A DNA stretch of 64,000 bases, from positions 125,736-189,735 of the forward strand of contig DNEP01000013.1 of assembly GCA_003487265.1 (NCBI GenBank). Reading direction: 5' to 3'. The position numbers and the translations under genes are program-made. Origin of the DNA: Minisyncoccota bacterium. GTDB lineage: Bacteria > Patescibacteriota > Microgenomatia > UBA1400 > UBA12028. The notes below the pieces were generated by a model that saw only the letters and a program-made list of their open reading frames with translations, had not been told where the DNA came from and ran no database searches. This document shows, piece by piece, positions 42,301 to 50,265 of the stretch. Numbering within the stretch: the stretch's first letter is position 1; each line of letters starts with the position of its first letter.

Positions 42301-42940
42301 ATTTTATGTTTGAACGATTCAACGCTTGAAATAGTGGTTGAAATCGTTCTTGATCACGTTCCGCTAGCATATCGTTTGTAGTAGCAATCCACACATCTCG
42401 ACCAAAAACCCCATGGGCCAGTGCCACAAGTGGAAGCAGGACCGCTTTTCCTTCACCTGTTTTTATCTCAGCAACCGCACCGAAGATCATCGTGATCGCC
42501 TCGATAATCTGAAGTTTATATGGCATCACCCCAGTTTCACGTCGCATCATTTCACACGATATCGCAACAATCTCAACAATGTTGGACTCTAAAAATGTAA
42601 ATAAACGATTTCTTGATTCAGGGTCGTTTGCTTTCACTTGTTGTTCTTGTATAAAACTTTTTGCCTCGGCACAAATAGTTGAATACGCAAATTTAAGATT
42701 TTCTGATTCATTGTGTGAGAGTTTTTCATTTCGTAAAAAGACTTGTTCAGCAAGATGATGGACTTTATCTGGTGAAAGAAACGACTCTCTCTTATTTGAA
42801 TCGCCGATTGTGCCCAAGAATCTCTCGATGGGATTGGAAGAACCTTCAAGAAACGATTGCATATCGCGACTTTCTATAGGTGTTGCCACCACTGAAGAGT
42901 ACGCTGTAACGTTTCGTCGAGTGGGATTTGTGGTTGCCAC
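39335..42940 (-). CDS. Highly divergent SecA-family DEAD-motor ATPase (1201 aa; possibly 1175 aa from ATG 42862)
   Basis: SecA NBD1 motifs in order. [59 protein letters not shown] (compare E. coli SecA HFDVQLLGG...IAEMRTGEGKTL...GVHVVTVNDYLAQRD). Walker [24 protein letters not shown] (compare [21 protein letters not shown]). [15 protein letters not shown] (compare LAGMTGTADTEAFEF). [13 protein letters not shown] (compare TNMAGRGTDI). [16 protein letters not shown] (compare RIDNQLRGRSGRQG). Long N- and C-terminal extensions. Confidence 0.7.
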   Translation of the reverse strand: MATTNPTRRNVTAYSSVVATPIESRDMQSFLEGSSNPIERFLGTIGDSNKRESFLSPDKVHHLAEQVFLRNEKLSHNESENLKFAYSTICAEAKSFIQEQQVKANDPESRNRLFTFLESNIVEIVAISCEMMRRETGVMPYKLQIIEAITMIFGAVAEIKTGEGKAVLLPLVALAHGVFGRDVWIATTNDMLAERDQERFQPLFQALNRSNIKYSSLGSLAHQMLRSEYRRKGVDLFSIVADELDALLLESLNTSYIIAGEKLAFQDKKNIVKVIQETIAVCRQEEGGQANLFLLNKNFHKGDFQDDQEQPDDEHLYLQDSGKDILVEKLGLIQGMHNALASLLRQESAAYSVKSYRKQRKNRETFQVLFPMTVEKLVRELDFSHPSQLFDFFLQLSEEPLFMNSPISEPIRLFLQTISRYNVAIQTTLNAYILKENKAYMRTDMEIIPLDETGRPRLEVNFEFLQELALRVKHDMSYVLVDERPQINEINALNMLKKPVLFTGTTGTVKGLEQFLLDEYHVFSRSFLRRMMLLPAQYPQHFMFDENRNRLLFTMNDTTEPTVCFALPKDNPKEYFLQNSEAKKKRILEIIQTQSSFSDGSRRPIIFICSTDELQMLEELKKDNPNVFLNSTVQVVNSRTIVQKLERERYTQATNPDFITMGTPVMGRGVDLVRAFPTNCMSLLSKMRLYCQETLQLDVIENELPPHVIFQLARDVFTNDEHFLEMQSWFGQTQELLNTNGALLVMLDLPQSRRDFEQILGRVFRNGMPAEWMYLLSVQSDELSSYKNRAYSNALESENFASLWSMIERDWDAHADEEVQQMRSLLEMTKPQEIVRRRLYTLSREVWENKTNKRLNEAEIAEMIHAMFIGSPEDRLLLFHVLKTEDEFKGQLLYRFFLKKIKEYSAENTAQQQEYMTASIEQIKYILRLHVDQIYSHLVEKAKNDARTPTGLNSKSAITESLLQIPWMKYIFTFSTHKPILSSLSEEEKVQTHLHNLEKFQEEMKRWLTAVFSELDKFANTTPEKNLSFFQMKDDFSAIVWRSTVDFIRNRCDELSNNKILPDMKDTLSFSFDALILEDQAATSVLLAFLHVLEKSGNSIFPKEEIERELKGTTDTLRYTVPEDIGDALQERQLEKIVTTLSSMLVELDHTVRSRTSNPVGTAGYVGATLPHLQLADAYRDVIEQIVRSSEYAQLLALTHP

Positions 42941-43815
42941 CCAAATTCTCGGTGAATTTTTGAAATGTCCGCAATTAATGTTGGAATTTCCGTTGCACGA
43001 AGCCGTTCTTCATCGCGAATGATCGGAATGTTTGCATTAGACAATGCCAGTAATTGATCGAGAATCTCGCTCATTTTGTGACCAACTCCCGATCCCACGT
43101 GGTAGACCTCACCTGTTTTTCCCTCACGAAGGAGAAGTTCATATGCGCGCACCACATCTTTCACATCCGAAAAGTCACGTACATCTGAAAGACTCCCAAC
43201 ATGAAGCGTGTCCTGCTCCCCACGTTCAATCTTCACAATTTGCTCACACATCGCGGGGACAAAAAAGGCTGAAGTTTGTCGTTCACCCGTGTGATTGAAA
43301 GGTCGAACACGGACAATGTCGAGTTTTTTACCAATGGAGTACACATAGGAAAGCATTTCTTGTGTTGCTTTTGAAACGGCATACGGATTAACCGGAAGAA
43401 ATGGTTGTGTTTCCACAATCGGGATTTGAGATGGGGGAACAACACCATATGAATCAGCCGAACCTATGGTGAGCAAGCGGACGTTGGGAAGCGCCGCTTC
43501 ACACGCTTGAAGGAGATTTAAATGAAGAACAATGTTGTTTGTGAGAATTTCTCGAGCTTGTTCGAAGCTTTTTCCAACAACGGCGATAGAAGCAAGATGG
43601 ATAATCGCATCAGGATGAAGCTCGCGAAGCATGTACTCAAGATCGCGATATTGAGTGAGATCAACAACGCGATATCGGTCTTCTGGTAAAAATTGATGCT
43701 CTATTGAAGGGATTGTTGTCGTGGTTCCCCAAACATCATCGTATCCTAATGCGTGTAGGTACGCGCACAAATGTGATCCAACAAATCCCGTTGCACCGGT
43801 GATGAGTAATCTCAT
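42874..43815 (-). CDS. rmd: GDP-4-keto-6-deoxy-D-mannose reductase (Rmd), GDP-D-rhamnose-forming
   Basis: MRLLITGATGFVGSHLCAYL, DAIIHLAS, NPYAVSKATQE, VRPFNHTGERQTSAFFV, VGSLSDVRDFSDVKDV. These motifs align with Pseudomonas Rmd (LFVTGLSGFVGKHL..., NPYAVSKLAAE, ARPFNHIGPGQ, VGDIDVSRDFLDVQDV). Confidence 0.8.
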   Translation of the reverse strand: MRLLITGATGFVGSHLCAYLHALGYDDVWGTTTTIPSIEHQFLPEDRYRVVDLTQYRDLEYMLRELHPDAIIHLASIAVVGKSFEQAREILTNNIVLHLNLLQACEAALPNVRLLTIGSADSYGVVPPSQIPIVETQPFLPVNPYAVSKATQEMLSYVYSIGKKLDIVRVRPFNHTGERQTSAFFVPAMCEQIVKIERGEQDTLHVGSLSDVRDFSDVKDVVRAYELLLREGKTGEVYHVGSGVGHKMSEILDQLLALSNANIPIIRDEERLRATEIPTLIADISKIHREFGWQPQIPLDETLQRTLQWWQHL

Positions 43816-45128
43816 ACTCCGATTCCCATGTAGCGAATACCTTGCGACTCCAACTGTGCACGCCTATCGAGGAATTGATTTCGAGCATCAATAAACAACG
43901 CTCCCTGTTTAACCTGTGTAGCAATTTCTTCGGGAGAAAGTTGAATAATCGCTTTCCATTCAATGAGAACAAACACACAATCAGCATCTTTTAATGCGTC
44001 TGGAGCGAGTTCAAAATACGCAACTGCGAGATCGGGATACCACGATTTAAAAACGGGTGTCGCCATGGGATCATATGCGCGAACTGTTGCACCTGCATGC
44101 AAGAGTTGAGGAATGATTTTTGTAGAAGGTGCTTCGCGAAGATCATCTGTATTGGGCTTAAACGCCAATCCAAGCACCGCGACCTGTTTCCCCTGCCACC
44201 CCCCAAGAATCTGCTCATATTTTCGCAGAAGCATGGAGATACGATCTTCGTTGAGTTGATCAATTGTTACGAGTAAATTGTCGGACTGACCGTGCGCTTT
44301 CGCGTATGCGGAAAGTTCTTTTACATCTTTTGGAAAACACGATCCACCATATCCCAAACCTGGATACCAATAGTGCGATCCAATGCGTTTGTCATATCCC
44401 ATTCCTTGAATAACTTCTTGAATATTTGCTCCGTTTTCCTCACAAAGATTCGCGATTTGATTAACAAAGGTTATTCGCGTGGCGAGATACGCATTTGACG
44501 CATATTTGCACATCTGCGCACTCTCTGGCTTCATGTGTAAGATTGGTGCACGAAATGGTTCATGCAACTCGGAAAGAACGCGTTTTGCAAACTCGGATTC
44601 AGAACCAATAACTACTCGATCTGGATGGAGTGTGTCATCGACCGCCGAACCTTCTTTCAAAAATTCTGGAAGTGAGGCAAGATGAAACTGTACATGTTTT
44701 GATATTTTTTGCAACTCTTGTTCAAGAAGTTCTCGAACTTTTTGATTTGTCCCCGGTGGCACGGTACTTTTAATCGCAATGATCACTTGGTCTTTTATAT
44801 ATGGTGCAAGGGACTGAATTGAAGCAAACACATATTTTAAATCAGCTTGACCGTCGGGAGCAGAGGGGGTTCCCACAGCGAGAATAATCACATCGGCCTG
44901 CGGGACTGACTCTGCATACGATGATGAAAAAGTAAGATTTCCCGATGTGATTCCTTGTTGCACGAGCTCTTTTAACTGTGGCTCAAAAAAAGGAATATTT
45001 CCTTGCGTAAGCGACTGGATTTTTTTCTCATCCACATCAAGACCGATGACTGTATTTCCAAATGAAGAAAACACTGCACTCGAAACAACTCCAACGAACC
45101 CTGTTCCTATCACAAGAATATTCATCAT
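43812..45128 (-). CDS. ugd: Nucleotide-sugar dehydrogenase, UDP-glucose 6-dehydrogenase family
   Basis: MNILVIGTGFVGVVSSAVFSSFGNTVIGLDVD is the N-terminal Rossmann. GYGGSCFPKDV is the catalytic Cys motif. Start at ATGATG 45128. ATGA overlap with rmd at 43812..43815. Confidence 0.85.
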   Translation of the reverse strand: MMNILVIGTGFVGVVSSAVFSSFGNTVIGLDVDEKKIQSLTQGNIPFFEPQLKELVQQGITSGNLTFSSSYAESVPQADVIILAVGTPSAPDGQADLKYVFASIQSLAPYIKDQVIIAIKSTVPPGTNQKVRELLEQELQKISKHVQFHLASLPEFLKEGSAVDDTLHPDRVVIGSESEFAKRVLSELHEPFRAPILHMKPESAQMCKYASNAYLATRITFVNQIANLCEENGANIQEVIQGMGYDKRIGSHYWYPGLGYGGSCFPKDVKELSAYAKAHGQSDNLLVTIDQLNEDRISMLLRKYEQILGGWQGKQVAVLGLAFKPNTDDLREAPSTKIIPQLLHAGATVRAYDPMATPVFKSWYPDLAVAYFELAPDALKDADCVFVLIEWKAIIQLSPEEIATQVKQGALFIDARNQFLDRRAQLESQGIRYMGIGV

Positions 45129-45171
45129 TCGCAAATGATACCAGTTTGATAGAATATGCTCAATACGCCAT

Positions 45172-45837
45172 ATGGAAATACACATCCTAACTTTGTTTCC
45201 AGAGATGATCACACACGCTGTTTCGCAAAGCGTGCTTGGTCGTGCGCAAAAAGCGGGTGTATTTTCTGTTCAAGCGCATAATCTTCGAGACTGGACCCAA
45301 GATGCGCATCGGACCACAGATGACCGGCCGTTCGGCGGAGGTCAAGGAATGATTATGATGATCGAGCCGATCGATCGAGCGCTAAACTCGCTCGGAGCGA
45401 AAAAAGGAACACCTCAACAGAAAATTATTTTGACTTCTGCAAAAGGAACGCTTTATTCCCAACAAGTTGCACAAGCGTGGATCTCGTTTTCAAAACTTTT
45501 TATTATCTGTGGGCATTATGAAGGTGTGGACGAACGCGTCGCGCAATACTTGGTTGATGAAGAAGTCCGAATTGGAAACTACGTGTTAACCGGCGGGGAG
45601 CTTCCCGCGCTTGTGATGGTGGATAGTGTTGCTCGCCTCCTCCCTAACGCGCTGGGAAATGAACAGAGTGCGATCGAAGAATCATTTATGCGTGAAGGAT
45701 ACCTGGAATATCCGCAGTACACTCGCCCAAGCGAGTACAACGGGTTGAGTGTGCCTGAGGTTTTAACACAGGGAAATCATAAAGATATTACAGATTGGAA
45801 AAATCAACACGCGCAACAGCTTCTCGAAGAGAAGTAA
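45172..45837 (+). CDS. trmD: tRNA (guanine37-N1)-methyltransferase
   Basis: MEIHILTLFPEM...DDRPFGGGQGMIMMIEPI...VLTGGELPALVMVDSVARLLP. Canonical TrmD SPOUT motifs. Confidence 0.9.
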   Translation: MEIHILTLFPEMITHAVSQSVLGRAQKAGVFSVQAHNLRDWTQDAHRTTDDRPFGGGQGMIMMIEPIDRALNSLGAKKGTPQQKIILTSAKGTLYSQQVAQAWISFSKLFIICGHYEGVDERVAQYLVDEEVRIGNYVLTGGELPALVMVDSVARLLPNALGNEQSAIEESFMREGYLEYPQYTRPSEYNGLSVPEVLTQGNHKDITDWKNQHAQQLLEEK

Positions 45838-46657
45838 ATGGAAGATGTGGGGCGGCTTGTCGAAGTTTGTCAGAACGTAACGCGGTATTTTGTTGATATG
45901 GTCGAGTAGCTTTTTTCAAATATTCAAGTAAATCGGATGGATGAATCTCCGCGTGAAAGTTGTGTTGTTGGTTTATGAGATTTGCGAGATCTTCATCAGA
46001 AACTTTTTCGTTCACCGTCGCATGAAAAATTCCCTTCGGTTTTGTTTGAGATGCCCATTCAAGTGCGTACGCAAAATCCTCGATCACCGTTGGTGCAAAC
46101 CAATGGTTGAAAAACGGAGTAGCGCTCCCCGCTTTCAGCGACATCGCAAGTTTATGCAAGGTATCCAGCTTTGGAAAAGGATCTTGACGAAACGGCTGAT
46201 CAATACGAAAAATCGTCCAACTTGAACAGATTTTTTGAACAACTTCTTCTGCCTTTGCTTTCGTCTCCCCATACCATTCGATAGGTGAAAGGGGCGCTTC
46301 TTCTTCATACATGTCTTCCGTTTTTCCATCGAAGACAAATGCGGTAGAAACATGAATTAAATGCTTTCCAAACGCATCACATGCTTCAGCGATCATCTGT
46401 GTACCAACAACGTTAACTTTGTAACACGCCCCCGCGGTATCACCGCGTTGCTCCCAAGCCTTTGACGCATCGGTAAATGCTGCCATATGAATCACAACAT
46501 CCGAGTCCGTTTTGGAAAGAAAATCGCGAACTTGAGTAGCGTTTGTGATATCAACGCCAACGGATAAATCCATATTCTGAAAAAAATGCGTTTTCCCAAG
46601 AGTGTCAACAACTCTTGAACCAACCAATCCAGAAAGCCCCGTACCAACAATCGTCAT
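45788..46657 (-). CDS. rmlD: dTDP-4-dehydrorhamnose reductase-like
   Basis: MTIVGTGLSGLVGSRV...VVIHMAAFTDASKAWE...HVSTAFVFDG...YGETKAKAEE follows the RmlD pattern. Located in the rmlB-rmlC-rmlD gene run. Confidence 0.72.
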   Translation of the reverse strand: MTIVGTGLSGLVGSRVVDTLGKTHFFQNMDLSVGVDITNATQVRDFLSKTDSDVVIHMAAFTDASKAWEQRGDTAGACYKVNVVGTQMIAEACDAFGKHLIHVSTAFVFDGKTEDMYEEEAPLSPIEWYGETKAKAEEVVQKICSSWTIFRIDQPFRQDPFPKLDTLHKLAMSLKAGSATPFFNHWFAPTVIEDFAYALEWASQTKPKGIFHATVNEKVSDEDLANLINQQHNFHAEIHPSDLLEYLKKATRPYQQNTALRSDKLRQAAPHLPFTSLREAVARVDFSNL

Positions 46658-46697
46658 ACGTTCCCCCCTATTTATGAATCTCGTTCAAAATAATCGT

Positions 46698-47222
46698 TTA
46701 TCCATTCACCGGTTGCCAGACTTCACTCAAAACGCAGTCCCAAGGAAATTTAAACTCGTCGGCAGGATCATACACATGTGATTGAAGATTCACCACCAAC
46801 GTTTCGGTATTCCCGAGCGCTTTCCATCCATGCATGATGCCATTTGGAATACGAAGATATCGAGGTTTTGTTGACCCTAAAAACACCGTATTCACATGCA
46901 AAAATGTTGGTGATGCCTCGCGAAGATCGACGAGTGAAACTTGGAGTTTTCCTCGAGTCACGGTGAATTGATCGGTGTGCACTTGATGCGCGTGCCAACA
47001 TTTCACCACGCCCGCATCGGTAGCGGACTGATAAATATGCGCAGGACGAATCACTCCCTCATCCGTCCATCGCTCACTCCACAACTCGGTGACATCTCCA
47101 CGACCATCCAAATGAACCAAGAGGTCCTTTCGATACACATCCGCGATTGTAAGAACATCGGCTTTTTGAACCTTGAACTGTTGTTGTTGAAGCCAATCAA
47201 CCGTTATTTGAGAAATTTTCAT
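46698..47222 (-). CDS. rmlC: dTDP-4-dehydrorhamnose 3,5-epimerase-like cupin
   Basis: WHAHQVHTDQFTVTRGKLQVSLVDLREASPTF...RIPNGIMHGWKALGNTETLVV matches the RmlC core (RGLHFQ...VRCVRGAIFDVAVDLR.GSPTFG...IPEGFAHGF). Confidence 0.72.
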   Translation of the reverse strand: MKISQITVDWLQQQQFKVQKADVLTIADVYRKDLLVHLDGRGDVTELWSERWTDEGVIRPAHIYQSATDAGVVKCWHAHQVHTDQFTVTRGKLQVSLVDLREASPTFLHVNTVFLGSTKPRYLRIPNGIMHGWKALGNTETLVVNLQSHVYDPADEFKFPWDCVLSEVWQPVNG

Positions 47223-47231
47223 CTGCCCCCC

Positions 47232-48248
47232 TTATATTCGCTCTCCATATTGTACTTCATAATAATCGAGATATGCACCTGTTTTTATGCTCTGCCACCA
47301 CTCTTGATGATCTGCAAACCAATCGATCGTTTTTTTCAAACCTTGTTCTAATGTTACACTTGGACTCCATCCCAACTCAGTATGAATTTTTGACCAATCA
47401 ATCGCATACCGTACATCATGTCCAGGACGATCTCCCACAATTTCAATCATTTCATCTTTAAAACCCATGATTGAAATAATCATCTTTACAACGTCGAGAT
47501 TTGAAATATCTTGATTCATTCCACCGATACAGTAGGTTGACCCTTCCGCACCTTTTTGCAACACAAGTTCGATCGCGCGCACATGATCTTCCACATACAA
47601 CCAATCTCTCACCTGACTCCCCGGCGAATAGACAGGAACTTTTTTCCCTTCCAACAAGTTGGTAATCGCGAGTCCCATTAATTTTTCAGGGAATTGATAC
47701 GGACCATAGTTGTTCGAACAGTTGGTGATACTGATTGGGAGACCATACGTGTCTGCGTATGCACGAACAAGATGATCAGAACCAGCTTTCGATGCGCTAT
47801 ACGGACTATGTGGTGCGTACGGCGTTTGTTCGTTGAATTTTTCAGCAGATCCCAATTCGAGCGTTCCAAACACCTCATCGGTGGAGATATGATGAAATCT
47901 TCGAATACCCACCTCTTTCGCACAATCAAGAAGCACCTGCGTACCCAACACGTTTGTGTGCACAAAAGCGGATGGGTGCATAATCGATCGATCAACATGC
48001 GACTCCGCAGCAAAGTGAACTACAACATCGGTCCCCCGCATTGCTTCAAGTACCGTCGCCCGATCACAAATGTCTCCCTTAACAAACTGGTATTGAGGAA
48101 GATGTTCTATTTCACGCAGATTTTCAAGATTTCCCGCATAGGTGAGGGCGTCATAATTCACCACTCGATCTTCGGGGTGATGCTTCATCCAATATAGAAT
48201 AAAATTTGATCCAATAAATCCCGCGCCTCCTGTAACAAAAAGTTTCAT
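47232..48248 (-). CDS. rmlB: dTDP-glucose 4,6-dehydratase
   Basis: MKLFVTGGAGFIGSNFILYWMKHHPEDRVVNYDALTYAGNLENL. YSASKAGSDHLVRAY is the YxxxK region. Canonical RmlB. Confidence 0.9.
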   Translation of the reverse strand: MKLFVTGGAGFIGSNFILYWMKHHPEDRVVNYDALTYAGNLENLREIEHLPQYQFVKGDICDRATVLEAMRGTDVVVHFAAESHVDRSIMHPSAFVHTNVLGTQVLLDCAKEVGIRRFHHISTDEVFGTLELGSAEKFNEQTPYAPHSPYSASKAGSDHLVRAYADTYGLPISITNCSNNYGPYQFPEKLMGLAITNLLEGKKVPVYSPGSQVRDWLYVEDHVRAIELVLQKGAEGSTYCIGGMNQDISNLDVVKMIISIMGFKDEMIEIVGDRPGHDVRYAIDWSKIHTELGWSPSVTLEQGLKKTIDWFADHQEWWQSIKTGAYLDYYEVQYGERI

Positions 48249-48442
48249 TTTTCCCCTTGTTGTTGTATTGGTCGATCTAACTGCATTGGTGCGGTCAATT
48301 GCTCAATTTTTTTCTGCACCCGTTCCCGTGCGATTTTTTCTTTTCGGTACAGCTCCGCGTATAATCCCCAAAATAAAATTGCAACCGTGCTCAGACACAC
48401 AAAAAATCGAAGAATCCATCGGTTTGTCGCACTGCTTTGCAT
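48245..48442 (-). CDS. Small hypothetical single-TM protein (65 aa)
   Basis: ORF with one hydrophobic helix (ILRFFVCLSTVAILFWGLYAELY). 4-nt overlap with rmlB start. No homology recognised. Confidence 0.3.
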   Translation of the reverse strand: MQSSATNRWILRFFVCLSTVAILFWGLYAELYRKEKIARERVQKKIEQLTAPMQLDRPIQQQGEK

Positions 48443-48446
48443 ATTG

Positions 48447-49478
48447 TTATTCTTTCACGTCCAGAAAATCTTGTACAGACAATCGCAATTCTTGAAAAGA
48501 AGGATCTTTTACCTCATATACCCATTGATTGTACTTCCGTAGTGGCGGGTTTACAAAATACGCGGAAAGATCATGCGATTTGAAATCAATAAAACCTGAA
48601 GGATGCGCGCGTCTCAAATGTATAAGAAGCGCGAGAATTTCTTCTCGTGAAAGTTCTGACTCAAATCGATGAAGATACAGTTGATATAAGTTGACAAGAA
48701 CATCGAGATCGAGCAGTCTGAATTTTTCAATCATCCGCTCCTTTAAGCCAATCAACACAAGACGTTGCCGATACGAACGCGCCTCATCTGTTCCCTCTAC
48801 CACATCTTTACTATGACGAGAACGCATATACGTCACCGCTCGCTCACCGTTCATATGTTCAACTCCCTGCACAAAAGATACTGTCTCGTACAATACGCTT
48901 GGGTTCGTTTCAACAGCCACATCAACACCCGATCGAGGGTAAAGCTCGTCAACAAAACTTCGCGGAACTTGCACATACACGCCACCAAATGCGTCAATAA
49001 TTTCCTCAACAAGACGAATATCGACAACAAACACGTGATGAATCCTTAAATCAAGCTTTTCGTCAAAAAATTGCTCGAGATACACGAACGGTTTCAGAGG
49101 ATCTTTTTGATTGCCATACGAATACAGCGCATTGATTTTTGTCTTGTACTCAACAATCCACAAATCTCGAGGAATTGAAAATGCGTCGATCTCTCCCGTA
49201 TCAAGGTGGAGCGACAAAAAAAGAATCGTGTCTGTGAGTGGGAAATCTTGCGATTTTCCCTCAACCGTATCAACGCCAAGTAGTAACACATTCCATCTCC
49301 CGTTTTGTTGAGGGACTGAGAGTTCTTTTGCGGATTGATATATTGCTACCAGCTCGGAAAAATGCAAATCGAATCGCGAAAGAAATCTGGAAAACAAGAA
49401 AAACGCCACCAGAGAAAGTACTCCTATCCCAAGACAAAAATACCCCACCGTTTTGCCAATTACCGAGATCCATTTCAT
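48447..49478 (-). CDS. LytR-CpsA-Psr (LCP) family cell-wall glycopolymer phosphotransferase
   Basis: N-terminal TM (MKWISVIGKTVGYFCLGIGVLSLVAFFLF). LCP core WNVLLLGVDTVEGKSQDFPLTDTILFLSLHLDTGEIDAFSIPRDLWI. Start at ATG 49478; ORF open to 49622. Confidence 0.8.
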   Translation of the reverse strand: MKWISVIGKTVGYFCLGIGVLSLVAFFLFSRFLSRFDLHFSELVAIYQSAKELSVPQQNGRWNVLLLGVDTVEGKSQDFPLTDTILFLSLHLDTGEIDAFSIPRDLWIVEYKTKINALYSYGNQKDPLKPFVYLEQFFDEKLDLRIHHVFVVDIRLVEEIIDAFGGVYVQVPRSFVDELYPRSGVDVAVETNPSVLYETVSFVQGVEHMNGERAVTYMRSRHSKDVVEGTDEARSYRQRLVLIGLKERMIEKFRLLDLDVLVNLYQLYLHRFESELSREEILALLIHLRRAHPSGFIDFKSHDLSAYFVNPPLRKYNQWVYEVKDPSFQELRLSVQDFLDVKE

Positions 49479-49518
49479 AGCTGTATGATAGTATATCAGG
49501 ATTTGATATACTACCAGC

Positions 49519-50265
49519 ATGATCTGGAAAATTCTCCTCGCAACGCTCCTTGGTAGTATTTTGTCACTCGTTGGTGGAATCGCGATTTTTTGGAAATCTA
49601 CCATTTCGATAAAAAAATACACGTATTACATTGTGAGTTTTGTTGTCGGAGTGCTCTTAGCAACGGTGTTTTTTGATCTTTTCCCCGAAGCAATCGAGCT
49701 CGCCGAACATCCCGAGGATGTCTTTTCTTACGCTTTGTGCGGAATCATTCTCTTTTTTCTTCTCGAACGATTTGTTCTCTGGTATCATCACCATCACGAA
49801 ACCCACGGTATTGTCCCCTCAACAACACTTCTCATTCTCGGTGATACATTACACAACTTTATCGACGGAGTTGCGATAGCTGGCGCGTTTCTGGCCAGCA
49901 CACAGTTGGGCATCGTAACAACAATCGCCGTAGCCATGCATGAAATTCCACAAGAAATTGGGGAGTTCGGATTGTTGTTAAGTGCGGGATTTTCAAAAAA
50001 GAAAACGCTTCTGTTCAATCTCCTTTCGTCGCTGAGTTCGGTCGTTGGGGCAGTTCTCACCTATTTTTTCGCATCACAAACTGATGCAATTGTTCCAGTT
50101 GTGTTGAGTTTTTCTGCGGGGATGTTTTTGTACATCGCGAGTTCCGATTTACTACCTTCATTACATAAAAAAATGGAAAGAAAAGAAGCCCTTCAACAAA
50201 CGTTTTTGTTTTTTGGGGGCATTTTGCTGATGTGGATAACCATGAAAGTGTTTGGACATGAGTGA
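49519..50265 (+). CDS. ZIP-family divalent metal (zinc) transporter, ZupT-like
   Basis: His-rich loop WYHHHHETHG. GDTLHNFIDGVAIAGAF and MHEIPQEIGEFGLLL are the ZIP signature helices. Confidence 0.85.
   Translation: MIWKILLATLLGSILSLVGGIAIFWKSTISIKKYTYYIVSFVVGVLLATVFFDLFPEAIELAEHPEDVFSYALCGIILFFLLERFVLWYHHHHETHGIVPSTTLLILGDTLHNFIDGVAIAGAFLASTQLGIVTTIAVAMHEIPQEIGEFGLLLSAGFSKKKTLLFNLLSSLSSVVGAVLTYFFASQTDAIVPVVLSFSAGMFLYIASSDLLPSLHKKMERKEALQQTFLFFGGILLMWITMKVFGHE

Noticed and set aside
45129-45171. Divergent promoter between ugd and trmD (TTGATA, TAGAAT)
   Set aside because: The -35-like and -10-like hexamers are directly adjacent without proper spacing. Cannot be called confidently from sequence.
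47694-48197. 167-aa plus-strand ORF
   Set aside because: Antisense within rmlB, whose identity is unambiguous.
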